From Candidatus Zixiibacteriota bacterium (GTDB lineage Bacteria > Zixibacteria > MSB-5A5 > UBA10806 > 4484-95), in contig JAOZPT010000021.1 of NCBI GenBank assembly GCA_029932605.1, positions 1-37,475 on the forward strand: DNA of 37,475 bases, read 5' to 3'. The notes beneath the pieces are model-generated. The model saw only the letters and a program-made list of their open reading frames with translations, was not told the origin of the DNA and searched no databases. Of the stretch, positions 18,488 through 27,285 are shown in pieces (the first letter of the stretch is position 1; every line of letters starts with the position of its first letter). The translations under genes were made by a program, and so were the position numbers.

Positions 18488-19261
18488 ATGGCTGAAGGTT
18501 TTTATGGAATCGTAGTACTTATTATTATCGGTATTTTCATTCTTGGTCAGGCAATTAGAGTCCTTCGCGAATATGAGCGGGGAGTAATTTTCAGGTTGGG
18601 AAGACTTATTGGCGCTAAAGGGCCCGGGTTGATACTTTTAATACCGATAGTCGATAAAATGGTTAAAGTCTCTCTGCGCACAGTGCCCATGGATGTCCTG
18701 CCACAGGATATTATTACTAAAGACAACGTCACCGTCAAAGTAAACGCTGTGGCTTATTTCCGCGTAATGGATGCCAACAAGGCCATAGTTGATGTTGAGG
18801 ATTATGTTTATGCCACTTCGCAGATATGCCAGACAACTCTTCGTTCAGTTTTAGGCCAGGTGGAACTTGACGATCTGTTATCCAACCGTGAAAAGATCAA
18901 CCAGGAACTTCAGAAGATAATAGATATGCAAACAGAGCCCTGGGGTGTTAAGGTTAGTATAGTCGAGGTCAAAAACGTTGATCTACCACAGGAAATGCAA
19001 AGAGCTATTGCTCGCCAGGCTGAGGCTGAACGTGAGCGGCGGGCTAAAGTTATCCATGCTGATGGAGAAGTGCAGGCGGCTGAAAGGATATATCAGGCAG
19101 CCAGAACCATTGGTCAAACTCCGGTTGGTATCCAGCTTAGATATCTACAGACACTGGTGGAGGTTGCCGCAGAACGTAATTCCACAACAATCTTTCCTGT
19201 GCCGATTGACCTGTTTAAACCGTTTGTTGAAGGTTTCGTAAAGAAAGGCGAGCAGAAATAG
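18488..19261 (+). CDS. SPFH/stomatin-like (slipin) protein
   Basis: [61 protein letters not shown]. Confidence 0.95.
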   Translation: MAEGFYGIVVLIIIGIFILGQAIRVLREYERGVIFRLGRLIGAKGPGLILLIPIVDKMVKVSLRTVPMDVLPQDIITKDNVTVKVNAVAYFRVMDANKAIVDVEDYVYATSQICQTTLRSVLGQVELDDLLSNREKINQELQKIIDMQTEPWGVKVSIVEVKNVDLPQEMQRAIARQAEAERERRAKVIHADGEVQAAERIYQAARTIGQTPVGIQLRYLQTLVEVAAERNSTTIFPVPIDLFKPFVEGFVKKGEQK

Positions 19262-19402
19262 TAACATAGATACCTATAGGGCAGGATAATTATTATATTG
19301 TGGAAAGCATCCACTAAATATGTTTAACCTTAGACTTCAATGATTCCCGAACTATTGCATAATGGTGGTATCTTATGTTAAGCTTTAATAACCAGTTTTC
19401 GC

Positions 19403-19431
19403 TTGACATCCGTTTATAAGCCTGTTAATTA
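19403..19431 (+). promoter_or_regulatory. Putative sigma70 promoter of the yceD-rpmF-fab cluster
   Basis: TTGACA (19403-19408), 17 nt, TG-n-TAATTA (19423-19431). Confidence 0.55.
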
Positions 19432-19439
19432 CTGTTTTT

Positions 19440-19952
19440 GTGAAGATAGAAATAAGGCAAATAAAGCCCGAGGGAAGTGAGTTTAATTTTTCTAAATCCG
19501 CTGATGAGCTTGAAATTTCGGCGGAGGGGGTGAAATTTCCGTCACCAATTGAAGTTGATGTAACAGCTATTCTGACCGGTGATGAGATAATTTGTCAGGG
19601 TGAGGCTTACACGGAAGTTGAGATTGAGTGCAGCCGTTGTTTGGAAATTTTTGATTTACTGGTCAAGGCACATTTACAGTTTGTGGTCCAGATGCTTGAT
19701 ACGACAAAGGAGTTGACCAGCGATAACGAGGATTTTGAGGTTATACCAAAAACCCAGACATCGTTGGATATCTCACAAAGGGTCAGAGAGGGGATACTTC
19801 TTGCTTTACCGTTAAAGCCTCTTTGCAGTGAAGACTGCAAGGGTTTGTGTCCCATGTGTGGGATTAATCTCAATGAGAGTGAATGTGATTGTTTACCAGA
19901 TAAGACAGATGAACGCTGGGACGCTTTAAAGAAGTTGTTTGATAATCAATAG
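19440..19952 (+). CDS. yceD: DUF177 / YceD rRNA accumulation protein
   Basis: CSRCL, LALPLKPLCSEDCKGLCPMCGINLN..C.C....DERWDALK; position before rpmF. Confidence 0.92.
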   Translation: MKIEIRQIKPEGSEFNFSKSADELEISAEGVKFPSPIEVDVTAILTGDEIICQGEAYTEVEIECSRCLEIFDLLVKAHLQFVVQMLDTTKELTSDNEDFEVIPKTQTSLDISQRVREGILLALPLKPLCSEDCKGLCPMCGINLNESECDCLPDKTDERWDALKKLFDNQ

Positions 19953-19986
19953 GAATAAACAGGAAGGTTAAATAAAAGGAGATCTA

Positions 19987-20169
19987 ATGCCTCTTCCTAA
20001 AAGAAGACATTCAAGAGCGCGTGGTGCCAAGAGGCGTACTCACTGGGTTTTGAAAACACCCAACATAATCGAATGCCCTCACTGCCATGAGAAAAAACTA
20101 CCGCACCAGGTTTGCCCTAATTGCGGCTGGTATAAAGGGCGTGAGGTGATACCAATTACGGAAGATTAA
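19987..20169 (+). CDS. rpmF: 50S ribosomal protein L32 (Zn-ribbon type)
   Basis: MPLPKRRHSRAR..KRRTH, CPHC...PHQVCPNCGWYKGR. Confidence 0.97.
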   Translation: MPLPKRRHSRARGAKRRTHWVLKTPNIIECPHCHEKKLPHQVCPNCGWYKGREVIPITED

Positions 20170-20173
20170 CTTA

Positions 20174-21238
20174 ATGGCAAAATCTAATAACCAGATTAGA
20201 ATCGCTATTGATGCCATGGGCGGTGACAACTCGCCTTTTTCAGTTGTGGCTGGAACTGTAATGGGATACCGTATCCTACGGTCTGAGGTCAAACTTTTTT
20301 TAGTTGGCGATACCCAGTGGATTAAGAAGGAACTTGTTGGTTTAAAAGCTGATAATTTACCGATAGAGATTGTTGATGCTCAGGAAGTTATTGAAATGGG
20401 AGAAGAACCAGCCGAATCTGTTAGACGCAAAAAGAGGTCATCCATAAACGTTGGCATGACACTTCAAAAAGAAGGAAAAGTGGACGCTTTTATATCTGCA
20501 GGCAATACCGGAGCCGTGATGGCATCATCACTTCTTATTCTCGGTCGCTTGGAAGGGGTGGATCGGCCAGCTATTGCTGCTTATTTCCCCACTGAGGAGG
20601 GAATAGCTCTTGTTTTAGACGTTGGTGCCAATTCAGATTGCAAGGCTCAACACCTATTCCAGTTTGGAGTTATGGGAGCCATTTATTCTAAATATATCCT
20701 TAAGGTAAAAAATCCCAAGGTTGGTCTTCTTTCAATTGGCGAGGAGCAGACCAAAGGCAATGAATTGACGATTGCTTCCCATAAGCTACTCGACAGTTCA
20801 GATTTAAACTTTCGTGGTAATATCGAAGGGTTTGATATTTTAAAAGGCACTGTTGATGTTGTAGTCTGCGATGGTTTTGTTGGTAATATAATACTCAAAT
20901 TCGCTGAATCTACAGAGGGTTTTATGACCAGTCTTCTTAAAAAGAAAATCCGTGGTAATCTCTTTGCCACTTTTGGTGCTTTTTTGATGACTCCTGCTTT
21001 TAAGTGTTTCAAACAATCCCTTGATTATGCAGAGTATGGAGGAGCTCCATTATTAGGCATTAATGGTGTTTGTATAATTTGTCACGGTAATTCCTCTCCC
21101 AAAGCTATTAAAAATGCTATATTAGTTTCTACCGATATGGTGCGTAAAAAAGTAAATAAAATTATCCAGGAAAAGTTACAGGAAGACATTGCTATTTCCA
21201 AACCGCTTTCAAAAAAGGTTAGGAAAATATGGTCGTGA
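20174..21238 (+). CDS. plsX: Phosphate acyltransferase PlsX
   Basis: IAIDAMGGD, SAGNTGA, DRPAI, LDVGAN, CDGFVGN, YGGAPLLG, HGNSS. Confidence 0.97.
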   Translation: MAKSNNQIRIAIDAMGGDNSPFSVVAGTVMGYRILRSEVKLFLVGDTQWIKKELVGLKADNLPIEIVDAQEVIEMGEEPAESVRRKKRSSINVGMTLQKEGKVDAFISAGNTGAVMASSLLILGRLEGVDRPAIAAYFPTEEGIALVLDVGANSDCKAQHLFQFGVMGAIYSKYILKVKNPKVGLLSIGEEQTKGNELTIASHKLLDSSDLNFRGNIEGFDILKGTVDVVVCDGFVGNIILKFAESTEGFMTSLLKKKIRGNLFATFGAFLMTPAFKCFKQSLDYAEYGGAPLLGINGVCIICHGNSSPKAIKNAILVSTDMVRKKVNKIIQEKLQEDIAISKPLSKKVRKIWS

Positions 21239-22218
21239 AAAGATATGCTCATATTATAGGAACAGGCTCGTATGTTCCGGAGAAAATACTTACAAATTTT
21301 GACTTAGAACAGATGGTTGATACCAGCGATGAATGGATTACTACCAGGACTGGGATAAAAAGAAGGCATATTGCCTCAAAAGAGGTATGTTCTTCGGATT
21401 TGTCAATTGCAGCTTCCCGAAAAGCTATTGCTGCTGCTGGTATAAAAGCTTCGGATATTGACCTGATTTTACTGGGAACTGTTACCCCTGATTTTCCTGT
21501 ACCTTCAACAGCTTGTATAGTCCAGGATAAGCTGGGGGCTGTAAATGCTGGTGTTATGGACATAGTAGCTGCATGTTCGGGGTTTGTTTATGGACTTTCG
21601 CTGGCCAAAGCTATGGTTGAAGCCTCTCAATACAATAACGTACTGGTTATCGGGGTTGAAACGCTTTCCAAAATCACAAATTGGGAGGACCGTAATACCT
21701 GTGTATTGTTTGGTGATGCAGCAGGAGCGGCAATTGTTCATGCCTCGGAAAAACCCGGTGGAATATTGGGAACATACTTAAAAAGTGATGGTTCCTTAGC
21801 TCATCTTCTATCTATCACCGCTGGTGGTACCAGAGTACCAATAGATGCTTCCAATGTTAACAATGGTGACCGTTATCTTAAAATGGCTGGTCCGGAAGTG
21901 TATAAAAATGCGGTAAGGACAATGACTGAGGCTGCCTTTGAGGTGCTTAAACGGACCAATCTTTCTTCAGCTGATATCGATCTGATGATATCACATCAGG
22001 CAAATATCCGAATCATCGAATCAACTGCCAGGAAAATAAATGTGCCACCGGAGAAGGTGTATATCAATATTCAAGAATATGGTAATACTTCAGCGGCATC
22101 AATTCCATTAGCTCTTGATGAGGCAATCCGAACAGGTCGGGTTAAGTCGGGAGATATTGTGCTGTTAGTGGCATTTGGTGGTGGTCTAACCTGGGGTTCG
22201 GCTATAGTAGAACTTTAA
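21229..22218 (+). CDS. fabH: 3-oxoacyl-ACP synthase III
   Basis: DTSDEWITTRTGI, AACSGF (Cys), HQAN (His), YGNTSAAS (Asn), FGGGLTWG. Confidence 0.97.
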   Translation: MVVKRYAHIIGTGSYVPEKILTNFDLEQMVDTSDEWITTRTGIKRRHIASKEVCSSDLSIAASRKAIAAAGIKASDIDLILLGTVTPDFPVPSTACIVQDKLGAVNAGVMDIVAACSGFVYGLSLAKAMVEASQYNNVLVIGVETLSKITNWEDRNTCVLFGDAAGAAIVHASEKPGGILGTYLKSDGSLAHLLSITAGGTRVPIDASNVNNGDRYLKMAGPEVYKNAVRTMTEAAFEVLKRTNLSSADIDLMISHQANIRIIESTARKINVPPEKVYINIQEYGNTSAASIPLALDEAIRTGRVKSGDIVLLVAFGGGLTWGSAIVEL

Positions 22219-22219
22219 T

Positions 22220-23146
22220 ATGAGAGCTTTTTTATTTCCCGGTCAGGCGTCGCAATATGTTGGAATGGCAGCGGACCTATATAGTGAGTTCGAAATAGTC
22301 AGGGAGTATTTTGATAAAGCCGATGACATACTCAACATGGATTTAAAAAGGACATGTTTTAACGGCCCTGATGAAAAGCTTGTCCGAACAGAATATACTC
22401 AACCTGCAATATTTGTCCATTCGGTGGCTGTTGATGCCATTCTAAGGAAAGTTGGTTTTAGACCACAGTTGGCTGCCGGACACAGCCTTGGAGAGTATTC
22501 AGCTTTAGTTTCAGCGGGAGTTTTATCGTTTGAGGATGGACTAAAAACTGTAAAACTGCGTTCACAATTGATGCAAAAATGCTGTGATGAGTATCCCGGG
22601 ACAATGGCTGCAATCGTTGGTTTATCATATGATAAGGTTAAAGACGTGGTAAATGATATTGATGGCGTTGTTCCGGCAAACTACAATTCCCCCGAACAAG
22701 TAGCGATCTCAGGCTTTACACATTCTGTTGAGACCGCCTGTGATAAACTCAAGGAAACAGGTGCTAAGAGAGCGATAATGCTTGCTGTCAGCGGGGCTTA
22801 TCACTCACCTCAAATGCAATATGCAAAAGAGAAAATGGCGGAATATATCAATTCGCTTGAGTTTGGGAAATTTGACTTTCCTGTCATTGCTAATGTTACA
22901 GCTGAAGCGGTTGATAATCCAGCAAAAATAAAATCTCTTTTATGCGAGCAAATTATCTCACCGGTTTTGTGGTATCCCTCAATACTATTGATGATGAAAA
23001 AGGGTGTCAGGGAATTTTATGAAGTTGGGCCGGGAAAGGTCCTTAAAGGTTTATTGAAAAGGTTTTTAAAAGGTGAACAGTATTCAATTTTTAACCTTGA
23101 TAAAGTAGAACAGGTTAACATCGTGATCGGGGCTGAAGTTGGTTGA
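22220..23146 (+). CDS. fabD: Malonyl-CoA:ACP transacylase
   Basis: FPGQASQ, TQPAI, GHSLGEY, VSGAYHS, EVGPGKVL. Confidence 0.97.
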   Translation: MRAFLFPGQASQYVGMAADLYSEFEIVREYFDKADDILNMDLKRTCFNGPDEKLVRTEYTQPAIFVHSVAVDAILRKVGFRPQLAAGHSLGEYSALVSAGVLSFEDGLKTVKLRSQLMQKCCDEYPGTMAAIVGLSYDKVKDVVNDIDGVVPANYNSPEQVAISGFTHSVETACDKLKETGAKRAIMLAVSGAYHSPQMQYAKEKMAEYINSLEFGKFDFPVIANVTAEAVDNPAKIKSLLCEQIISPVLWYPSILLMMKKGVREFYEVGPGKVLKGLLKRFLKGEQYSIFNLDKVEQVNIVIGAEVG

Positions 23147-23900
23147 ATCGTATAAAAATAAAGATATTCCAGGTAGAACAGCCTTGGTTACGGGAGCAGC
23201 ACGAGGCATTGGGTTTAGAATAGCTGAACATTTAGGGAAACAGGATGTTAATATAGTGATTTGTGATATTCTAAGTGATTTGGCTCAAGAAGCTGCCAAA
23301 CAATTAAAAAGTCGGGATATTAATGCTGTTGCCGTTGCTGGTGATGTATCAAACCCTGAGGATGTTGAGAGCATATTTAAAGAAGCGACTGATAATTTCG
23401 GTGATGTAAATATTCTGGTGAACAATGCTGGCATCACGCGCGATAATATTATTGTTCGCCTGGGGGCAAAAGAGTGGGATGATGTAATGGCGGTAAATCT
23501 TAAAGGTGCGTTTTTATGTATCAAAGCGGTAGCCCGTTCAATGATGAAGAAGAGATATGGGCGAATTATAAATATATCGTCGGTGGTTGGATTGACGGGA
23601 AATGCTGGCCAGGCTAACTATGCTGCCTCTAAAGCGGGGTTAATCGGGTTGACCAAATCCGCTGCCAGGGAACTTGCTGGAAGAGGGATTACCGTTAATG
23701 CGATCGCCCCGGGGTTTATCGCAACCGACATGACTGATAAGCTTACTGATGATACTAAAGAGGAATTCTTAAAGAGTATTCCTTTAAAGCGCGTTGGAAC
23801 GCCGGATGATATTGCTAATGTTGTGTCGTTTTTAGTTTCAGATGCCGCCTCATATATCACCGGCCAAGTGATACATGTCGATGGCGGAATGGTTATGTGA
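23139..23900 (+). CDS. fabG: 3-oxoacyl-ACP reductase
   Basis: TGAARGIG, NNAGITRD, GNAGQANYAASK, VDGGMVM. Confidence 0.97.
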   Translation: MVESYKNKDIPGRTALVTGAARGIGFRIAEHLGKQDVNIVICDILSDLAQEAAKQLKSRDINAVAVAGDVSNPEDVESIFKEATDNFGDVNILVNNAGITRDNIIVRLGAKEWDDVMAVNLKGAFLCIKAVARSMMKKRYGRIINISSVVGLTGNAGQANYAASKAGLIGLTKSAARELAGRGITVNAIAPGFIATDMTDKLTDDTKEEFLKSIPLKRVGTPDDIANVVSFLVSDAASYITGQVIHVDGGMVM

Positions 23901-23935
23901 ATTAACTATTAACTGTTATATTTAAGGAGGAGATA

Positions 23936-24178
23936 ATGCCATCAGTCGAGGAGAGAGTAAAAAACGTTATCATCGAAAGCCTGAGTATCGATGCTGATAA
24001 AGTAACACCTGATGCCAGCTTTGTCGATGACCTCGATGCCGATTCTTTGGATCAGGTAGAATTGATATTGGCTCTTGAGGAGGAGTTTGGTTGCCAGATT
24101 CCAGAGGAGGAGGCAGGCAAAATTACAACAGTAGGCGAAGCTGTTGAATATTTAAAAAAACATGTTGAAGAAGGGTAG
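23936..24178 (+). CDS. acpP: Acyl carrier protein
   Basis: [25 protein letters not shown] (DSL phosphopantetheine site). Confidence 0.97.
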   Translation: MPSVEERVKNVIIESLSIDADKVTPDASFVDDLDADSLDQVELILALEEEFGCQIPEEEAGKITTVGEAVEYLKKHVEEG

Positions 24179-24193
24179 TTATAATATAACCTT

Positions 24194-25447
24194 ATGCGAA
24201 AACGTGTTGTTTTAACAGGCCTGGGAGTTACATCTCCTATTGGCAATACTATTGATGAGTTCTGGGAAAACCTCATTACCGGCAAATCGGGAGTAGGATT
24301 AACAACTAAATGTGATTGTTCCGATTTGCCATCGAAAATTTCCGGTGAGGTAAAAGGGTTTGACCCTCTTAACTATATGGAGAAAAAGGAATACAAAAGG
24401 TTAGACCTTTCCCAGCAGTATGCTCTCGCTGCTTCAGCGATGGCAATAGGGGATGCTGAATTAAAACCTGGAACATTTAATCCTGAAAGAGTAGGGGTTG
24501 TTATAGGTTCAGGTATTGGCGGGATCATCACTTTCGAGCAACAACATTCCTTGATAGTGCAGGGCAAGCCCGGGCGGATTTCACCATTTTTTATACCAAT
24601 GATGATTGTCGATATGGCTGCTGGTATAGTAGCTATAAAGTTTGGTTTCAAGGGACCAAATTATGCAGCTGTTTCCGCTTGCGCTTCAGGAGCCAATGCC
24701 ATTGGTGACTCTTTTCAGATCATCCAGCGTGGCAGTGCTGATGTTATGATTACCGGCGGCACGGAAGCCTCGATAACCAGGACAGCTATAGCAGGTTTCT
24801 GCAATGCCAAGGCGTTGTCACTTAGAAATGAACAACCGGAGAAAGCATCCCGACCATTTGACAAGGACCGTGATGGTTTTATAATCAGCGAGGGCGCTGG
24901 TATAATTGTTTTGGAGAGTCTTGAACATGCTCTTAAACGTGGCGCTAAAATATATTGTGAACTTGCAGGCTTAGGTTTGTCGGCGGATGCTTATCATATT
25001 ACAGCCCCCTCTCCTGATGGTGATGGAGCGGCGAGAAGCATAAAAGCAGCAATTGACGATGCCAATGTTAGCCCTTATGATGTTGATTATATCAATACTC
25101 ATGGCACATCTACTTTACTTAATGACATTACTGAAACGATAGCGATAAAGAGTGTTTTCGGGGAAAGAGCCTATAAAATTCCATGTAATTCTACTAAATC
25201 GATGACTGGTCATATGTTGGGAGCAACCGGAGCAGTTGAACTTATAGCAGCCGCTTTACAGGTAAAAAATAAAAAGATTCACCAGACTATAAATCTTGAA
25301 AACCCTGATAGCAAGTGTGACTTGTATTATGTTCATGATGGACCAAAAAACTATGAACCAAGTTGTGTGTTGTCTAATTCTTTTGGTTTTGGGGGGCATA
25401 ATATAACGCTTCTTTTGAAAACCTATTCGGATGGCAATCGAAGGTGA
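24194..25447 (+). CDS. fabF: 3-oxoacyl-ACP synthase II
   Basis: RVVLTGLG, SACASG (Cys), SRPFDKDRDGF, HGTST, GHMLGA, SNSFGFGGHN. Confidence 0.97.
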   Translation: MRKRVVLTGLGVTSPIGNTIDEFWENLITGKSGVGLTTKCDCSDLPSKISGEVKGFDPLNYMEKKEYKRLDLSQQYALAASAMAIGDAELKPGTFNPERVGVVIGSGIGGIITFEQQHSLIVQGKPGRISPFFIPMMIVDMAAGIVAIKFGFKGPNYAAVSACASGANAIGDSFQIIQRGSADVMITGGTEASITRTAIAGFCNAKALSLRNEQPEKASRPFDKDRDGFIISEGAGIIVLESLEHALKRGAKIYCELAGLGLSADAYHITAPSPDGDGAARSIKAAIDDANVSPYDVDYINTHGTSTLLNDITETIAIKSVFGERAYKIPCNSTKSMTGHMLGATGAVELIAAALQVKNKKIHQTINLENPDSKCDLYYVHDGPKNYEPSCVLSNSFGFGGHNITLLLKTYSDGNRR

Positions 25448-26175
25448 GATTTTTTCGATTTTTATTTGGCGAGAAGTCTGATCCTATAGCAAGGCTTGAA
25501 AAAATAATCGGTTATCGGTTCCATAACCGGAATCTCATAAAGAGAGCATTAAGTCATCGTTCCTCGGTAAGAGAAACCGGACTGAACTCAAACGAGCGGC
25601 TTGAATTTTTAGGTGATGCTGTTCTGGGGATGATTGTATCGTTGTTTTTATTTAATCAGAACGACGATCTTACCGAGGGTGAGTTAACCCAGATGAAAGC
25701 GGCTTTGGTTAATGAGAAAGTTCTTTCTAAGGTTGCTTTATCGTTTGGCCTGGGTAACTTTTTATTTATGAGTCCCGAGGAGGAAAAAGCCGGGGGCAGG
25801 CTAAAACCCTCGATTACAGCAGATGCTTTTGAGGCCCTGATCGGAGCAATTTATCTTGATGGAGGATATAAAGCTGTTGATAAGATGGTGAAAAAGTATA
25901 TTCTTAATGATTATTTAAGCATTCTTGAAGATGAAAAGCTCTACAATTACAAGGGCGAGCTTTTAGAGTTTCTTCAAGCAAGAGGAGTTGGTATGCCATA
26001 CTACAAAGTAGATGACCAGACCGGGCCTGACCATGACAAGATCTTTTATGTTGGAGTATATACCGATGGTGAGAAGCTTGGTGAGGGTATGGGCAAGTCC
26101 AAAAAAGAGGCTGAACAGAAAGCAGCTCGACGGGCGTTGATAAAAATAAAAACCGGACAAACCCAATGGAAATAA
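25444..26175 (+). CDS. rnc: Ribonuclease III
   Basis: ALSHRS, NERLEFLGDAVL, ADAFEALIGAIYLDGG, dsRBD (GPDHDK.F, G.GKSKKEAEQKAA). Confidence 0.97.
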   Translation: MRFFRFLFGEKSDPIARLEKIIGYRFHNRNLIKRALSHRSSVRETGLNSNERLEFLGDAVLGMIVSLFLFNQNDDLTEGELTQMKAALVNEKVLSKVALSFGLGNFLFMSPEEEKAGGRLKPSITADAFEALIGAIYLDGGYKAVDKMVKKYILNDYLSILEDEKLYNYKGELLEFLQARGVGMPYYKVDDQTGPDHDKIFYVGVYTDGEKLGEGMGKSKKEAEQKAARRALIKIKTGQTQWK

Positions 26176-26346
26176 CAACTACCATTTTTATATATATGAA
26201 TTTTAATAATGAAAATAAACGCTCTGTTATTACCGGATTGATAATGTTCCCTTTTGAATACGGCTTTATTTCGGTAAAAAGAATAAGGTGATAAGTAATC
26301 AAGTAAGACATAGAATAAATCTTGTAAAAATGAGGAGTAGGTCTAA

Positions 26347-27105
26347 ATGAACATAGCTGTTCTGGTTAAACAAACTCCCCAGGTTTCGGAGGTCAAGGTA
26401 ACCGATGAAGCCCGGTGGCCTGAATCTGAGATGATAGTTAATCCATTTGATGAATATGCGATTGAGGAGGCGCTCAGGATTAAGGAAAAATTGGGTGGTA
26501 AGGTTATGGCAATCTCATATGGCACTGAAAAAAGTGAATCGGTTTTAAGAGATGCTCTGGCTCTGGGTGTGGATGAAGCCTATCTTATAATCGATGATGA
26601 TTATAACAATCTTGACCCCCAGCGAGCGGCCAAGGCCTTAACAGGTGCATTGAATAAAATCGGTGGTGTTCAGATGGTTCTTGCTGGTAAACAGGCTACT
26701 GACGATGATTCCTCGGTTACTGCCCCGATGATAGCGGCTTTACTAAATTGGCCTCAGGCCGGTTTTGTGAAGAAGTTCGAGTCTGTTGAAGAAAATAAAG
26801 TTATATGTTTGAGAACAACTGATGAAGGTTATGATAAGATTGAGACTCCCTTGCCGGCAGTGTTTTCAGTAGTAAAAGAAATCAACGAGCCACGTTTACC
26901 CTCATTGAGAGGTAAAATGAAAGCGAAAAAAGCACCTATCACCAAATGGTCACCAACCGATATCGGAGTTGAGCTGGAAAGCTCAATCAAGATAAAATCT
27001 ATTAGTTCACCACCCCCAAGACCATCCGGTGAAATCCTTGAGGGTGAAAAAGATGAAATTATTGATAAACTTATAAATAAGCTCAAAAAGAACCAGGTGT
27101 TGTAG
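26347..27105 (+). CDS. etfB: Electron transfer flavoprotein subunit beta
   Basis: IAVLVKQTP, NPFDEYAIEEALR, AGKQATDDD, INEPRLPSL..KMKAKK. Confidence 0.93.
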   Translation: MNIAVLVKQTPQVSEVKVTDEARWPESEMIVNPFDEYAIEEALRIKEKLGGKVMAISYGTEKSESVLRDALALGVDEAYLIIDDDYNNLDPQRAAKALTGALNKIGGVQMVLAGKQATDDDSSVTAPMIAALLNWPQAGFVKKFESVEENKVICLRTTDEGYDKIETPLPAVFSVVKEINEPRLPSLRGKMKAKKAPITKWSPTDIGVELESSIKIKSISSPPPRPSGEILEGEKDEIIDKLINKLKKNQVL

Positions 27106-27224
27106 ATTAAAAATAACAGTTATTTATAATTCTGCAGTTCAAATTTTTAACATTATTTTTATATCCTATTATCAGCCAATATCTTATATTATTTATTTAA
27201 AGTCTTATTTTAAATAATTAAAGG

Positions 27225-27253
27225 TTGACAATTTTTTGTTTATACATTATTTT
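27225..27253 (+). promoter_or_regulatory. Putative sigma70 promoter of the kinase/activator gene
   Basis: TTGACA (27225-27230), 17 nt, TATTTT (27248-27253) in very AT-rich DNA. Confidence 0.4.
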
Positions 27254-27285
27254 GTTGTTGATATTTATAACACTTTGACTGGGAA

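Noticed and set aside
26196..26291. 31-aa ORF between rnc and etfB
   Set aside because: No RBS, AT-rich, no motif.
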